From: Clostridia bacterium
Lineage (GTDB): Bacteria > Bacillota > DSM-521 > Neomoorellales > SLTJ01
Direction of reading: 5' to 3'
DNA: 64,000 bases
Assembly: GCA_004347685.1 (NCBI GenBank)
Contig: SLTJ01000032.1
Span: 118,371-182,370, forward strand
The notes under the pieces: generated by a model
What the model was told of the DNA's origin: nothing
The model's database searches: none
What the model saw: the letters and a program-made list of their open reading frames with translations, nothing else
Shown here: positions 37,123 to 46,845 of the stretch, piece by piece
Position numbering within the stretch: position 1 is the stretch's first letter
How the letters are laid out: each line of letters begins with the position of its first letter
Program-made: the position numbers and the translations under genes

Positions 37123-38490
37123 GTGCCGCTGGTGTTATTGTTTTTCCTGTCCCTGGTGGCCTACTGGTTACTCCTGCGCTGGCTTACCCGGCGGCGGGTG
37201 CTCACCCTGCCCCGCGCCCTGGCGACCGCCGCCATTCTGGCCTTGGCCCTACTGGACTTCTTTCTCACCGCGCCCCTCTTCCTTCTGCCCAAGACCGTCT
37301 GGCCGCCGCTGGCGCCGGCGATGACCTGGCCGGAGGTGGTGGCCTACCTGGCTTCCCCGGCCCCGGGCGGGGGCAACCAGTGGTGGCAGCTTACCCTGGA
37401 CCTTTTCCGCACCCGGCCGCCGGGCTTCTGGCTGGCGCAGGTACCTTTTCTCCTGGCGGCTTTCCCCCTGGTCCGGTGGGCGTGGCGGGCCGGCTGGCCG
37501 GCTGGCGAGCCCCGTGCCGCCCGCACGGCCACCCACGGCAGCAGCCGCTGGCGCGGCCGGGCCGAACTGAAGACCACCCTGCGGGCCGTAAACTGCGGCC
37601 GGCCGCAGGAAAGCGGCGTGGTGGTGGGAGGGGCGGGGAACAGGGCCTGGCTCACCCGGCCGGAGGTGGGCAACCCCCACGTCCTCCTCATCGGGGCCAC
37701 CCGGAGCGGCAAGAGCCGGCGGGTCATCCTGCCCACCGTCTGGGTGCTGGGCCGGGCTGGAGAGTCCATGATCCTCACCGACCCCAAGGGAGAACTCTAC
37801 GCCCACGCCGCCGGCTGGCTGCAAAGTCAGGGCTACCAGGTGGTGCTCCTGGATCTCCTCGCCCCGGGCCGGGGCAACCGCTGGAACCCCCTCGCCGCCG
37901 TAGCCCAGGCCTGGACCGCCGGCGAGGGCGAGGAGGCGGCGCGCCTGGCCTGGGAGATCGGCCACATCCTGGCCTATAGCGAGGGGCCGGGCACGGACCC
38001 CATCTGGCCCCAGGCAGAGGAATCCCTTATCGCCGCCCTCTGCCTGGCGGTGGCCGTGGAGGCCCCGCCGGAGGCGCGGCACATGGCTACAGCCTTTCGC
38101 CTGCTCACGGAACTGGGCCACGGGGGCGGGGAAGCCCTGGACGCTTGGTTCGCGGGGCTACCGCCGGACCACCCGGCGCGGCTGGCCTACGGCACGGCGG
38201 CTTTAAGCGAGAGCCGCACCCGCTCCAGCATCTACACCGGCACGGCGGCCCACTTGAGGCTCTGGGGGGACCCCGGGGTGGCCTGGCTGGGCGCCGCCTC
38301 CGACCACGACCCGGCCGCAGCGGGGTTAAAGCCCACGGCCGTCTTCCTCCTGATGCCGGACGAAGCCGGGGCGAGAAGGCCCATCGCCAGCCTCTACGTC
38401 AACCAGGCTTACGGCGCCCTGGCCCGGGTGGCCAGGGCCAACGGCGGAAAACTTCCCGTGCCGGTCTGGTTCCTTTTGGACGAGTTCGGC
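37123..38490 (+). CDS. Type IV coupling protein (VirD4/TraG family), exon 1
   Basis: Two N-terminal TM helices, Walker A IGATRSGKSRRVILP, ends ...VWFLLDEFG (Walker B) exactly at the intron 5' GTGCG. GGAAAGGAGG RBS before the GTG at 37123. Confidence 0.85.
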
Positions 38491-41007
38491 GTGCGCCCGC
38501 AAGCGTGCTGAAAAGCATCGCGTGGGTCTTTCTGAAATCTGCCTTTGGCAAGGCAGTGGGCTCGATATGGAATTGCCCATCATCACCCGGCTTATCCGAA
38601 AGGGAAACCAGACGGGGAGTGCAGCATGCCGGGAAAGGCGCAAGTCAGCCAACCACCAGGCTGCGACTGAGCGTCGAGATGAAAAGTCCTGTATGAGGAT
38701 AAAGGCTTGATTGCCTGAACGATAGCCAGAGGGGTTTTATCGTCAACCACGGCGGAAAGATGGTTACAAACGCCGTGTGGCAGTGGGGTTGCGTACAGTT
38801 GCCTAAGTGCGCATACCACCATATCCCCTGCCTCCCAGCCGCAATAAGCGGAAAATGGCGAAAGTCGTATCCGACAACAGGACGCGCCGCGTTCAGACTG
38901 ACCTAAACGGGGATGACCTAAACCGGAGTGCTTGCATCCGCAAGCTATGGAAATTGTTCCCGAAAATCCGGTATGGTCACGGAGCCCTCGTAGTAGTCCG
39001 AGGTGGGGAAAGCCCGCCACATGGCGAAGGAGGGCAGTTTACTCTCCACTACAACGAAGGAAAGGTGCGTGAGGCATCATGAGAAGTCCCCAAGTTGTAC
39101 TGGAAAATCTACAGAAGCAGTCCTTGAAAAAGGACTACCGGTTCGAGCGTTTGTACCGGAATCTCTACAACCCTGACTTTTACCTGCTGGCATACCAAAA
39201 CCTGTACGCCAACAAAGGAGCCATGACCCCCGGCGTGGACGGACTAACGCTGGACGGCGTGGGTATGAAGCGCATCGAATCCCTGATTCAATCGCTCCAA
39301 GACCACAGCTACCAGCCACAACCGGCCCGCAGGCGGTACATCCCCAAGAAAAGCGGGAAAGGCCAGCGGCCACTGGGGATTCCATCGGCAAACGACAAAC
39401 TGGTGCAAGAAGTCGTGCGCATGCTGCTGGAAAGTATCTACGAGCCGACTTTCTCGAAATTCTCCCACGGGTTCAGGCCGAACAGGAGCTGTCACACGGC
39501 ACTCGCCCAGGTGCAGAACAACTTCACGGGAGTTAAATGGTTTGTGGAGGGCGACATTAAAGCCTATTTTGATACCATCGACCACCACACGCTTGTGGGC
39601 ATCCTGCGCAGGCGCATCAAGGACGAATCCTTGATCGCCTTGATCTGGAAGTTCCTCAAAGCGGGATACATGGAGGACTGGCAATACAACGCAACCTATA
39701 GCGGCACGCCGCAGGGTTCGGGAATCAGTCCCCTCCTCGCCAACCTCTACCTCCATGAGTTGGACATGTACATGGAAGAGTACAAAAAGCAGTTCGACAA
39801 GGGCGACGAGCGCGCAGTGGGTAAGGACTATGGGCGCACCCATAGGACCCATCAGTACTGGAAGGAAAAGTACGACGCCCTGTGGCACACCATGACAGAG
39901 GAAGAAAGGAAGGCGGCCCAAAGAGAAATCAAAGCCCTGCGCAAGCAGTTCCAACAATACCCTGCCAAAGACCCCATGGATGAAAACTACCGCAGAATCC
40001 AATACGTGCGGTATGCGGACGATTTTCTGATAGGAGTAATCGGCAGCAGGGCAGACGCGGAGAAAGTTAAGGCCGATATTGGCCGGTTCCTCTCCGAAAA
40101 GCTGAAGCTCGCCATGTCCCAGGAAAAGACGCTGATTACCCACGGACAGGACAAGGCACGTTTCCTGGGATACGACATCTCCATATGCCAGGACACGGCC
40201 ACAAAGCGGACATCCAGAGGGCAATCCCGCGTGTACACCTACCGTGTTAAGCTGTTCGTCCCCAAAGAAAAGTGGGTCGGAAAGCTGCTGGAATATGGTG
40301 TACTTAAAATCAAGACGGACGAGCACGGCAGGGAAAAGTGGAAACCGCTGCAAAGAGACGACTTCATGGGATTGGAGCCTCGCGAAATCGTATCCATGTA
40401 CAACGCGCAAATCCGGGGCATGTACAACTACTACCGGCTAGCAAATAACGTCTCGGTGCTGAACAAGTTTTACTACGTCATGGAGTACAGCATGTACAAG
40501 ACCTTTGCAGGCAAATTCAGCACCACTGTTGGAAAGGCCAAGACCAAGTACACGCGCGACGGCGTATTTGGCGTGGAATACATGACCAAGGCCGGCCCCC
40601 GGAAGGTCACCTTCTATAAGGGCGGATTCTCTCGTGTAACAGCGCCGCTGGGGGCTGGCGTGGACTGCAAGCCGGAGTACGTGGTCAACCACCAGCCCAA
40701 GGAGCTATTCTTCCGCATAAAGGCCGCCAAATGCGAGCTTTGCGGCAAGGAACACACGCCGGTCAATGTGCATCAGGTAGAGCGCCTGAAAGACCTGTCC
40801 GGCAACCTTCCTTGGGAATGTGTCATGCTGAAAAAGCGCCGAAAGACACTGGTCGTCTGCGAGGAATGCCACCAATCCATTCATTTAACTCTGTAGATTA
40901 CGAGTAAATGGAGAGCCGTATACATCGAGAGGTGTACGTACGGTTCGGGGGCGAGCATCCGGAAACCTGCCGCAGCAATGTGGCAAGGCGCTGGATGCTT
41001 AGCCTAC
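38491..41007 (+). mobile_element. Group II intron (2517 nt) with RT/maturase/HNH ORF
   Basis: 5' GTGCGCC. Domain V GAGCCGTATACATCGAGAGGTGTACGTACGGTTC at 40912-40945. 3' ...GCCTAC. The flanking exons join in frame (LLDEFG|NVGKLPAM). Confidence 0.9.
39079..40896 (+). CDS. Group II intron-encoded reverse transcriptase/maturase with HNH endonuclease domain
   Basis: RT motifs (GTPQGSGISPLLANLYL, RYADDFLIG), X/maturase region, C-terminal CELCG...CEECHQSIH. Confidence 0.95.
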   Translation: MRSPQVVLENLQKQSLKKDYRFERLYRNLYNPDFYLLAYQNLYANKGAMTPGVDGLTLDGVGMKRIESLIQSLQDHSYQPQPARRRYIPKKSGKGQRPLGIPSANDKLVQEVVRMLLESIYEPTFSKFSHGFRPNRSCHTALAQVQNNFTGVKWFVEGDIKAYFDTIDHHTLVGILRRRIKDESLIALIWKFLKAGYMEDWQYNATYSGTPQGSGISPLLANLYLHELDMYMEEYKKQFDKGDERAVGKDYGRTHRTHQYWKEKYDALWHTMTEEERKAAQREIKALRKQFQQYPAKDPMDENYRRIQYVRYADDFLIGVIGSRADAEKVKADIGRFLSEKLKLAMSQEKTLITHGQDKARFLGYDISICQDTATKRTSRGQSRVYTYRVKLFVPKEKWVGKLLEYGVLKIKTDEHGREKWKPLQRDDFMGLEPREIVSMYNAQIRGMYNYYRLANNVSVLNKFYYVMEYSMYKTFAGKFSTTVGKAKTKYTRDGVFGVEYMTKAGPRKVTFYKGGFSRVTAPLGAGVDCKPEYVVNHQPKELFFRIKAAKCELCGKEHTPVNVHQVERLKDLSGNLPWECVMLKKRRKTLVVCEECHQSIHLTL

Positions 41008-41583
41008 AACGTGGGGAAGCTCCCGGCCATGGCGGAAAAGCTCACCGTGGCCGCCGGCCGGAACATCCGCTTCCTCCTGGCGGTACAGTCCCTGGCCCAG
41101 GTGGCCCACGTCTACGGGGAAAAGGCGGCGGAAATCCTCCTCGGCAACTGCGACACCTGGCTCTACCTGCGGGCGGCCGACAACGAAACCGCCCGGGCCA
41201 TCAGCCAGAAGGCGGGGACGTACACGGTAAAGACGGTTTCCGTACAGCGACGGCCGGGCCTGGCCGCGGGCGGGACGGAAGGAGCGGCCGGCCGGCCGCT
41301 TTTGACGCCCGACGAGGTTTTGCGCTGGCCCGCCGGCCAGGCTTTACTCCTCCAGGCCGGTCAGTACCCGGCTCGCCTGCCTTTGCCAGACCTCTCCACT
41401 TGGCGGGAGGCCAACGCGGCCTTCGCCACCGCCCCGGCACCAGAAGGGCAGACCCCCCGCGCCGGGCCGGTCCCCACCTGGGTGCCCCGGCCGGAGTCCG
41501 GGATGGTTGTTTCTTCCGCCGGCCAGCGGCAGGCCGGGCGGGAAAGGGACGGCCAGGACATCTTCGGCCGCCGCGGGAGGTGA
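41008..41583 (+). CDS. Type IV coupling protein, exon 2
   Basis: NVGKLPAMAEKLTVAAGRNIRFLLAVQSLAQVAHVYGE...NCDTWLYLRAADNETA is the conserved VirD4/TraG C-terminal region, in frame with exon 1. Confidence 0.85.
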   Translation, partial: NVGKLPAMAEKLTVAAGRNIRFLLAVQSLAQVAHVYGEKAAEILLGNCDTWLYLRAADNETARAISQKAGTYTVKTVSVQRRPGLAAGGTEGAAGRPLLTPDEVLRWPAGQALLLQAGQYPARLPLPDLSTWREANAAFATAPAPEGQTPRAGPVPTWVPRPESGMVVSSAGQRQAGRERDGQDIFGRRGR

Positions 41584-41638
41584 GGACCAGGGAGCAATCC
41601 CCTTTTCGTGTTAACCTTTTCCGGGAGGAGGTGAACCC

Positions 41639-41878
41639 ATGCCCGCCTTCGTCAACCAACTGATCAGCTTTCTCCAGTCGGCCCTGACCTGGGTGGTGGC
41701 CCTGGCCATCCCGGCCACGGCCCTTACTGCCGGCTACCACGCCCTGATGCGGGCCACGGCCCAGGACGAGATGACGGCCCTGCAGCACTCCCGGGCGCTG
41801 AAAAACGCCCTCGTCTACGGCGTGGTGGTCATCCTGGCCGGCAGCATCACCAACGCTGTGCTGGGCGCTTTCCGCTAA
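41639..41878 (+). CDS. Small two-TM membrane protein (possible VirB2/TrbC-like or accessory T4SS component)
   Basis: 79 aa with two hydrophobic helices. Lies between the T4CP and VirB6-like genes. Confidence 0.4.
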   Translation: MPAFVNQLISFLQSALTWVVALAIPATALTAGYHALMRATAQDEMTALQHSRALKNALVYGVVVILAGSITNAVLGAFR

Positions 41879-41958
41879 GGGGAAGTCCCGGGGAAGGAGG
41901 TGGGGGCTCTTACCCCCTCCTGCCCGGGGCCGGGTTTCCACGGAAGGAGGGAGAGAGG

Positions 41959-42819
41959 ATGCTGGAAACCCTGCAGAACGCGGCCACCCAGATGCTGACC
42001 GCCTTCTTGCTCAACTACATCAGCGCCCTGCTGGCGCCCCTGGAGTGGGCGCTCAGGATGTTCGCCCAGGCGGGGGCGCTGCGGGACCTGACCTCCCAGC
42101 CCTGGGCGCAGAACCTCATCGCCGGGACGCAGGGCATCGCCGCCGCCCTCCTGGCCCTGCGGGTGGCCTGGGAGGCGCTGCAGATGGCCACACTCAGGGC
42201 GGAAGGGGCGCCCACGGACCCCGGGGCGCTCCTCAAGCGCACGGTGATGGCCGGGGCGGCCATCTTCACCGGCCCGTGGGTGGCCCGGCAGATGCTCGTC
42301 TTCGGCAACGCCCTGGCCGCCGCCGTGGCCCAGGCCGGCCTGGGCGTGGGCCTGGAGCAGTTGGACCTGGCTTCGCTCGTGGCCTACGCCGCAGACCCCT
42401 TTCGCCTGCTGGTGCTCCTTTTGCCGGCGGTGGTCCTGGGCTTACTCATCTTTTTCCAGGCCATGATCCGCACCGTGGAGATCACCCTGGCCGCCATCAT
42501 CTCGCCCCTGGCGGCCCTGGGGTATGTTTCCGGCGGCGGGATGGCCGATGTCTGGTGGCGGGAGGTGGTGGTTTTAAGCACCGCCCAGGCGGTGCAGATG
42601 CTCCTCCTCTACCTGGCCACCGTCTTTTTCGCCACGCCCACCCAGTGGGACAGCAGCCAGTTCACCCTGGGGCCCTTTCTCTTCGTGGCCACCCTCTGGG
42701 TGGCCTGGCGGACGCCGCACATCCTGCGCAACTACGCCTATTCCTCGGGGGTGAGCAGTGGTATGAGCAGCGTGGGCCAGGTGGCCATGTGGCGGGTGAT
42801 GGCCCGCCTGCCGTTTTAA
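41959..42819 (+). CDS. VirB6/TrbL-like polytopic T4SS membrane protein
   Basis: 286 aa with at least 6 TM helices. Positioned before the VirB3-like and VirB4 genes. Confidence 0.55.
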   Translation: MLETLQNAATQMLTAFLLNYISALLAPLEWALRMFAQAGALRDLTSQPWAQNLIAGTQGIAAALLALRVAWEALQMATLRAEGAPTDPGALLKRTVMAGAAIFTGPWVARQMLVFGNALAAAVAQAGLGVGLEQLDLASLVAYAADPFRLLVLLLPAVVLGLLIFFQAMIRTVEITLAAIISPLAALGYVSGGGMADVWWREVVVLSTAQAVQMLLLYLATVFFATPTQWDSSQFTLGPFLFVATLWVAWRTPHILRNYAYSSGVSSGMSSVGQVAMWRVMARLPF

Positions 42820-42831
42820 GCAAGGAGGTGC

Positions 42832-43152
42832 TTGAACATGCCCGAGTATTTGGTGCCGCGGGCGGTGCGCTCGCGTATGGAGGTCTTTCCCGGCTTCGGC
42901 CTGGTGGAGATCCTGGCGGTGGCCGCCGGCGGGGCCGTGGGCGCGGTCCTGCAGCTCATCCCGGCGGCCCTGCCCTTGACCCCGGCCCCCCAGCTCTTCG
43001 CCCGCTTCTTCGCCTTTACCCTGCCCCTGGGGGTATCCTACGTCCTGGTGCGCCAGGACCTGGGCGGCCACAGCCTCTGGGGCCAGCTCCAAGCCTTCCG
43101 CCGCTGGGCCAACCATCCGCGCATCTACTACTACCGGCGAGGTGATGTCTGA
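42832..43152 (+). CDS. PrgI/VirB3-like small membrane protein
   Basis: 106 aa. ...FPGFGLVEILAVAAGGAVGAVL hydrophobic hairpin immediately upstream of VirB4. Confidence 0.5.
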   Translation: MNMPEYLVPRAVRSRMEVFPGFGLVEILAVAAGGAVGAVLQLIPAALPLTPAPQLFARFFAFTLPLGVSYVLVRQDLGGHSLWGQLQAFRRWANHPRIYYYRRGDV

Positions 43153-43820
43153 TGCCACAGGCATGGTCCAAGGTGCGACTCCAGAAACCCTCCGGCCGTA
43201 ACCCAGCGGCCGGGCCTGGGGAAAAGAACACGGTGCAGCAGTGGCTGCCCCTGCGGGACATTGCCGGAGGCTGCCTGGTGCTGGCCGGCGGGAGCGTGGT
43301 GGCCGTGGTGCGGGTGGAGCCATCACCCTTCACCCTCCTCTCCGCGGGGGAACGGGCCAGGAGGATCGCCGCCCTGCACGAGGCCATCCAGGCCCTGCCC
43401 GGCCCGGCCCAGGTCTGCGCCATCCCCCGCCCCATCGACCTGGACGCTTACCTGGCGGAACTGGAAGCGAGGCTGGCGGAAACAGACGGCAGCCGGCGGG
43501 CGGTCCTGCGCGGCTACGCGCGCTACGTGCGCGGCCTGGTGGCCGGCGCCGCGGCCATGGAACGGCGCTTTTACGTCCTCCTGCCGGGGGACGGCCGCAA
43601 GAAGGGCGGCCGGGAGGAAACCCTGCAGCGCGCCGGGGAGCTGGTGGCGGCCCTGGCCCGGGCGGACCTGGCGGCGCACCTATGCGGCGACCAGGAAATC
43701 CTGGACCTCTTGTTCTGCTTCTTCCACCCGGCCCAGGCGGCCTTGGAGCGGGCGGAGTTCCCGGCGGCGGCACCCCTTTACCTGACGGCTGGGGAGGTGG
43801 GCGACCATGGCCCTGCTTGA
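43152..43820 (+). CDS. VirB4-like conjugation ATPase, N-terminal piece
   Basis: VQQWLPLRDIAGGCLVLAGGSVVAVVRVEPSPFTLLSAGE matches the N-terminal domain of Firmicutes VirB4 (PrgJ/CD1110-type). Ends 14 nt after the next ORF's ATG. Confidence 0.7.
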   Translation: MPQAWSKVRLQKPSGRNPAAGPGEKNTVQQWLPLRDIAGGCLVLAGGSVVAVVRVEPSPFTLLSAGERARRIAALHEAIQALPGPAQVCAIPRPIDLDAYLAELEARLAETDGSRRAVLRGYARYVRGLVAGAAAMERRFYVLLPGDGRKKGGREETLQRAGELVAALARADLAAHLCGDQEILDLLFCFFHPAQAALERAEFPAAAPLYLTAGEVGDHGPA

Positions 43821-45546
43821 CCTCCTGGCGCCGCCGGCCCTGGGCTTCCAGCCCCGCCACCTGGTATTCGGCGACCAGGTGGCCCGGGTGCTGGCCGTCC
43901 TGGACTACCCGCCCCGGGTGGGGCAGGCCTGGCTGGCGCGGCTGGCCAACCTGCCCGGGGTGTCTTTAAGCCTGCACCTGGTCCCCACCGACCCGGTGGA
44001 CCTCCTCCAGGCCCTGAACAAGAGCGTGCAGGAGTATACCAGCCGCCTGGCGGCCGGGGGCAGCGCCCTGGCCCAGTCCCGCTGGCAGCAGTCCCTGGAG
44101 GAAGGATGCCAAACTGCTCCTGAAGAGGTGGACCAGGAGGCGCAGAAGGTCTACCGGGTGGCGGTGATCCTCCTGGTGCTGGCGCCGGACGAGGAGGAGT
44201 TGAACCGCCGCTCCCGGCAGGTGGAGGCGACCTGCGCCGCCGCCGGGATGCGGGCCCGGGCGGCCGTCTACCGCCAGGAGGATGGCCTCAAGGCGGCGGG
44301 GCCGTGGGGCCTCCTGCCGCCGGAGATGGCCGGCCTGGCGGCCCGGGAGATGCCGGCGGAAACCATCGCCGCCGCCTACCCCTGGGTGGCCGGGGGTTTG
44401 AACCACGGCCGGGGCGTGGTCTGGGGCCGGGATACAGGTGGCGGCCTGCTCCTGGCCGACCGCTGGCAGCCGCCGGAGGGCTCCGGCATCACCAACCCCA
44501 ACCTGAACATCCTGGGCACCTCTGGCGGCGGCAAGTCCTTCGCCGCCAAGGTCCTGCTCCTGCGGGAATACGCCCTGGGGGCGCGGGTGCTGGTCCTGGA
44601 CCCAGAGCGGGAGTACCGGGGCCTCTGTCGGGCTTTAGGGGGGAGCTGGGTGAACGCCGCCGGCGGCAGCGGCCGCATCAACCCCCTGCAGGTGCCGGAC
44701 ACGCCGGACGCCGACGAGGAGGACGAGGAGGCCGGGGGTACGGCGCGCGGGCCTTTAAGCGCCCACCTGCAGCGGGTGAAGACCTTTTTCCAGCTCTACC
44801 TGCCGGGCCTGGATGACCTGGAGCGGGCCGTCCTGGACGAGGCGGTGCTCGCCGCCTACCGGGAATACGGCGTGGACTGGCAGACCGACCCGGCTACCGT
44901 CAAGATTTGGCCCACGGTGGCCGATGTCTACCGCCACGTGCAAGGGGCGGGGGCGGAAAGGCTGGCCATCTTGCTCAAGGGTGCGGCGGAGGGCGCGGAG
45001 AGCGCCTTGTGGGCCGGCCAGACGAGCCTGCCGCCGGCGGGGGAGTTCACGGTGCTGGACATCCGGGAGCTGACGGATGCCAGCGATGCCGTGCGCCGGG
45101 CGCAGTACTTCAACATCCTGGGCTATGCCTGGGACCTGGTGCGGGAGGGGCAGGCCAGGCAAAGGCGCACCGTGCTGGTGGTGGACGAGGCCTGGCTGTT
45201 GGCCGATCCCCAGACCCCCCAGGCCATGGGCTTTTTACGCAACGTGGCCAAGCGCATCCGCAAGTACCTGGGGAGCCTGACCATCATCACCCAGAACGTG
45301 GTGGACTTCCTGAGCCCCGAGCTGGCCCGCCTGGGCGAGCCGGTCATCAACAACGCCAGCTTCAAGCTCTTGATGCGCCAGGAATCCCGCGACCTGGAGG
45401 CTTTGCGAGAACTCTTACGGCTTTCGGAGGCGGAGGTTGACCTCCTGGCCGGGGCCAGGCGGGGCGAAGGGCTCTTGCTGGCCGGCAACCAGCGGGTGCA
45501 CCTGCGGGTGGAGGCTGCGCCCCACGAACTGGAGGTGATCGGCTGA
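43807..45546 (+). CDS. VirB4-like conjugation ATPase, C-terminal piece
   Basis: Walker A ILGTSGGGKSFAAK, Walker B VLVVDEAWLL. GGAGGTG RBS 6 nt before the ATG. Confidence 0.85.
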   Translation: MALLDLLAPPALGFQPRHLVFGDQVARVLAVLDYPPRVGQAWLARLANLPGVSLSLHLVPTDPVDLLQALNKSVQEYTSRLAAGGSALAQSRWQQSLEEGCQTAPEEVDQEAQKVYRVAVILLVLAPDEEELNRRSRQVEATCAAAGMRARAAVYRQEDGLKAAGPWGLLPPEMAGLAAREMPAETIAAAYPWVAGGLNHGRGVVWGRDTGGGLLLADRWQPPEGSGITNPNLNILGTSGGGKSFAAKVLLLREYALGARVLVLDPEREYRGLCRALGGSWVNAAGGSGRINPLQVPDTPDADEEDEEAGGTARGPLSAHLQRVKTFFQLYLPGLDDLERAVLDEAVLAAYREYGVDWQTDPATVKIWPTVADVYRHVQGAGAERLAILLKGAAEGAESALWAGQTSLPPAGEFTVLDIRELTDASDAVRRAQYFNILGYAWDLVREGQARQRRTVLVVDEAWLLADPQTPQAMGFLRNVAKRIRKYLGSLTIITQNVVDFLSPELARLGEPVINNASFKLLMRQESRDLEALRELLRLSEAEVDLLAGARRGEGLLLAGNQRVHLRVEAAPHELEVIG

Positions 45547-46493
45547 TGCCGGCCTGGCTGGTGAAGCTGGGATGGGTTGCCGGTAGATTGTTCCTGGGGG
45601 ACGACCTGGGGAAGAAGCTCCTCCAGGCCCTGGCGGTCCTGGCCGGGCTCATCCTCGCCCTGGTCTTATTCCTCCCTGCCCTGGTGACCTGGATCCCCCT
45701 GGCCACGGTGGAGAAGATCAACGACTTTTTCGCCGCCGCCGAACAGGCCTCCGCCACCACCCGTACCCCGGACGACCCGGAGGGCATTACCATCCCTTGG
45801 GAAGAGGTGACGGCGGCCTGGGCGGTGCTTTACGACCAGGACTTCAGCGCCGCCAGCGTAGGTGCCATCAGCGACCTGGCCGGGGAGTGGGCCGAGCGCC
45901 ACGAGCGGGTGGAGGTACACAGCGACGGCCAGGGGAACACTTGGACGGAAACCCACGTCTGGTATACCCGGCGGGATTTCCAGGAGGTGATGGAGCGGCT
46001 GGGGTTCACCAGGGAGCAAAGGGAGCAGGCGCGGCGCTACCTGGAGGCCCTGCGGGAAGGGGGCCTCAGGCCGCCGGCCGGCTGGCGGGCCCGCCCCGGC
46101 CCCGGCTGGGCCTGGCCCGTTCCGGGGTACGATAGCGCGGCGGCCATCAGCAGTCCCTACGGGCTGCGGGTCCATCCCATCACCAAGAGGCCGCAGCTTC
46201 ACCTGGGAGTGGACATCGCCGCGCCAGAGGGGACACCGGTGGTAGCCGCCCGGGCGGGCACGGTGATGGGCACGGGGACGGACGAGGAGCTGGGGCGTTA
46301 CGTGGTTATCGAAGGGGGTGGCTTTGAAGCCCGCTACGGCCACTTAAGCGTTATCGGTGTGCGGCAGGGGGAGAGGGTAGAGGTGGGCCAGGGTATCGGC
46401 CGGGTGGGGAACACCGGTCTTTCCACCGGGCCGCACCTGGACTTCCGGGTGCGCTTTGGCGGGTGGTGGCAGAACCCGCTGCAGTATTTCTGA
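45546..46493 (+). CDS. Membrane-anchored M23 peptidase (T4SS cell-wall hydrolase)
   Basis: N-terminal TM. C-terminal SPYGLRVHPITKRPQLHLGVDIAAPEGTPV...GNTGLSTGPHLDFRV (HxxxD / HxH M23 motifs). Confidence 0.85.
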   Translation: MPAWLVKLGWVAGRLFLGDDLGKKLLQALAVLAGLILALVLFLPALVTWIPLATVEKINDFFAAAEQASATTRTPDDPEGITIPWEEVTAAWAVLYDQDFSAASVGAISDLAGEWAERHERVEVHSDGQGNTWTETHVWYTRRDFQEVMERLGFTREQREQARRYLEALREGGLRPPAGWRARPGPGWAWPVPGYDSAAAISSPYGLRVHPITKRPQLHLGVDIAAPEGTPVVAARAGTVMGTGTDEELGRYVVIEGGGFEARYGHLSVIGVRQGERVEVGQGIGRVGNTGLSTGPHLDFRVRFGGWWQNPLQYF

Positions 46494-46587
46494 AAGTTGA
46501 GGGAAGCCTTGCCAGGGGTAGTTGTGATATAATAACGGCAGGTAGTTGTACGCGAAAATAAGGGACAAACAGGGAGACCTTGTATTA

Positions 46588-46770
46588 ATGGGTATGAACA
46601 GCAACCTGGAACGGCTCAAGGCGGAACTGGCCTCCTTGCCCAGAGAAGAGGCGGCGGAGTTACTGGCCTACATTCAAAGCAGGCTTGACCTGGAAGTGCG
46701 CGATTGGTTAGCCGCTGGGAGACGCTTCATTGAACAAAACAAGGGCGCCTTGAAGGACCTGGCCAAGTGA
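46588..46770 (+). CDS. Small hypothetical protein (addiction-module-component-like helix)
   Basis: LERLKAELASLPREEAAELLAYIQSRLD pattern. Weak assignment. Confidence 0.3.
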   Translation: MGMNSNLERLKAELASLPREEAAELLAYIQSRLDLEVRDWLAAGRRFIEQNKGALKDLAK

Positions 46771-46845
46771 AGTATCCCGGACGGAGGTCGTTATAGCCCA
46801 TACTGCCAGGCAGATCGTAATCGTATAGGAGGGAGGTGTTGAAGT

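Noticed and set aside
39079-40896. The reverse transcriptase as part of a retron or a diversity-generating retroelement, possibly targeting the PKD protein.
   Set aside because: The RT carries maturase (X) and HNH domains and is embedded between GUGCG and domain V/VI...AY boundaries, with in-frame exon joining. That makes it a standard group II intron. I found no TR/VR repeat pair or msr/msd-like inverted repeats.
40908-41663. A 251-aa ORF spanning the intron 3' end and T4CP exon 2. Also the 36901-37122 N-terminal extension of the T4CP ORF.
   Set aside because: The ORF is in the wrong frame relative to the conserved VirD4 C-terminal sequence, and its translation is Arg/Gly/Pro-rich. The N-terminal extension overlaps the preceding gene and precedes the real RBS+GTG at 37123.
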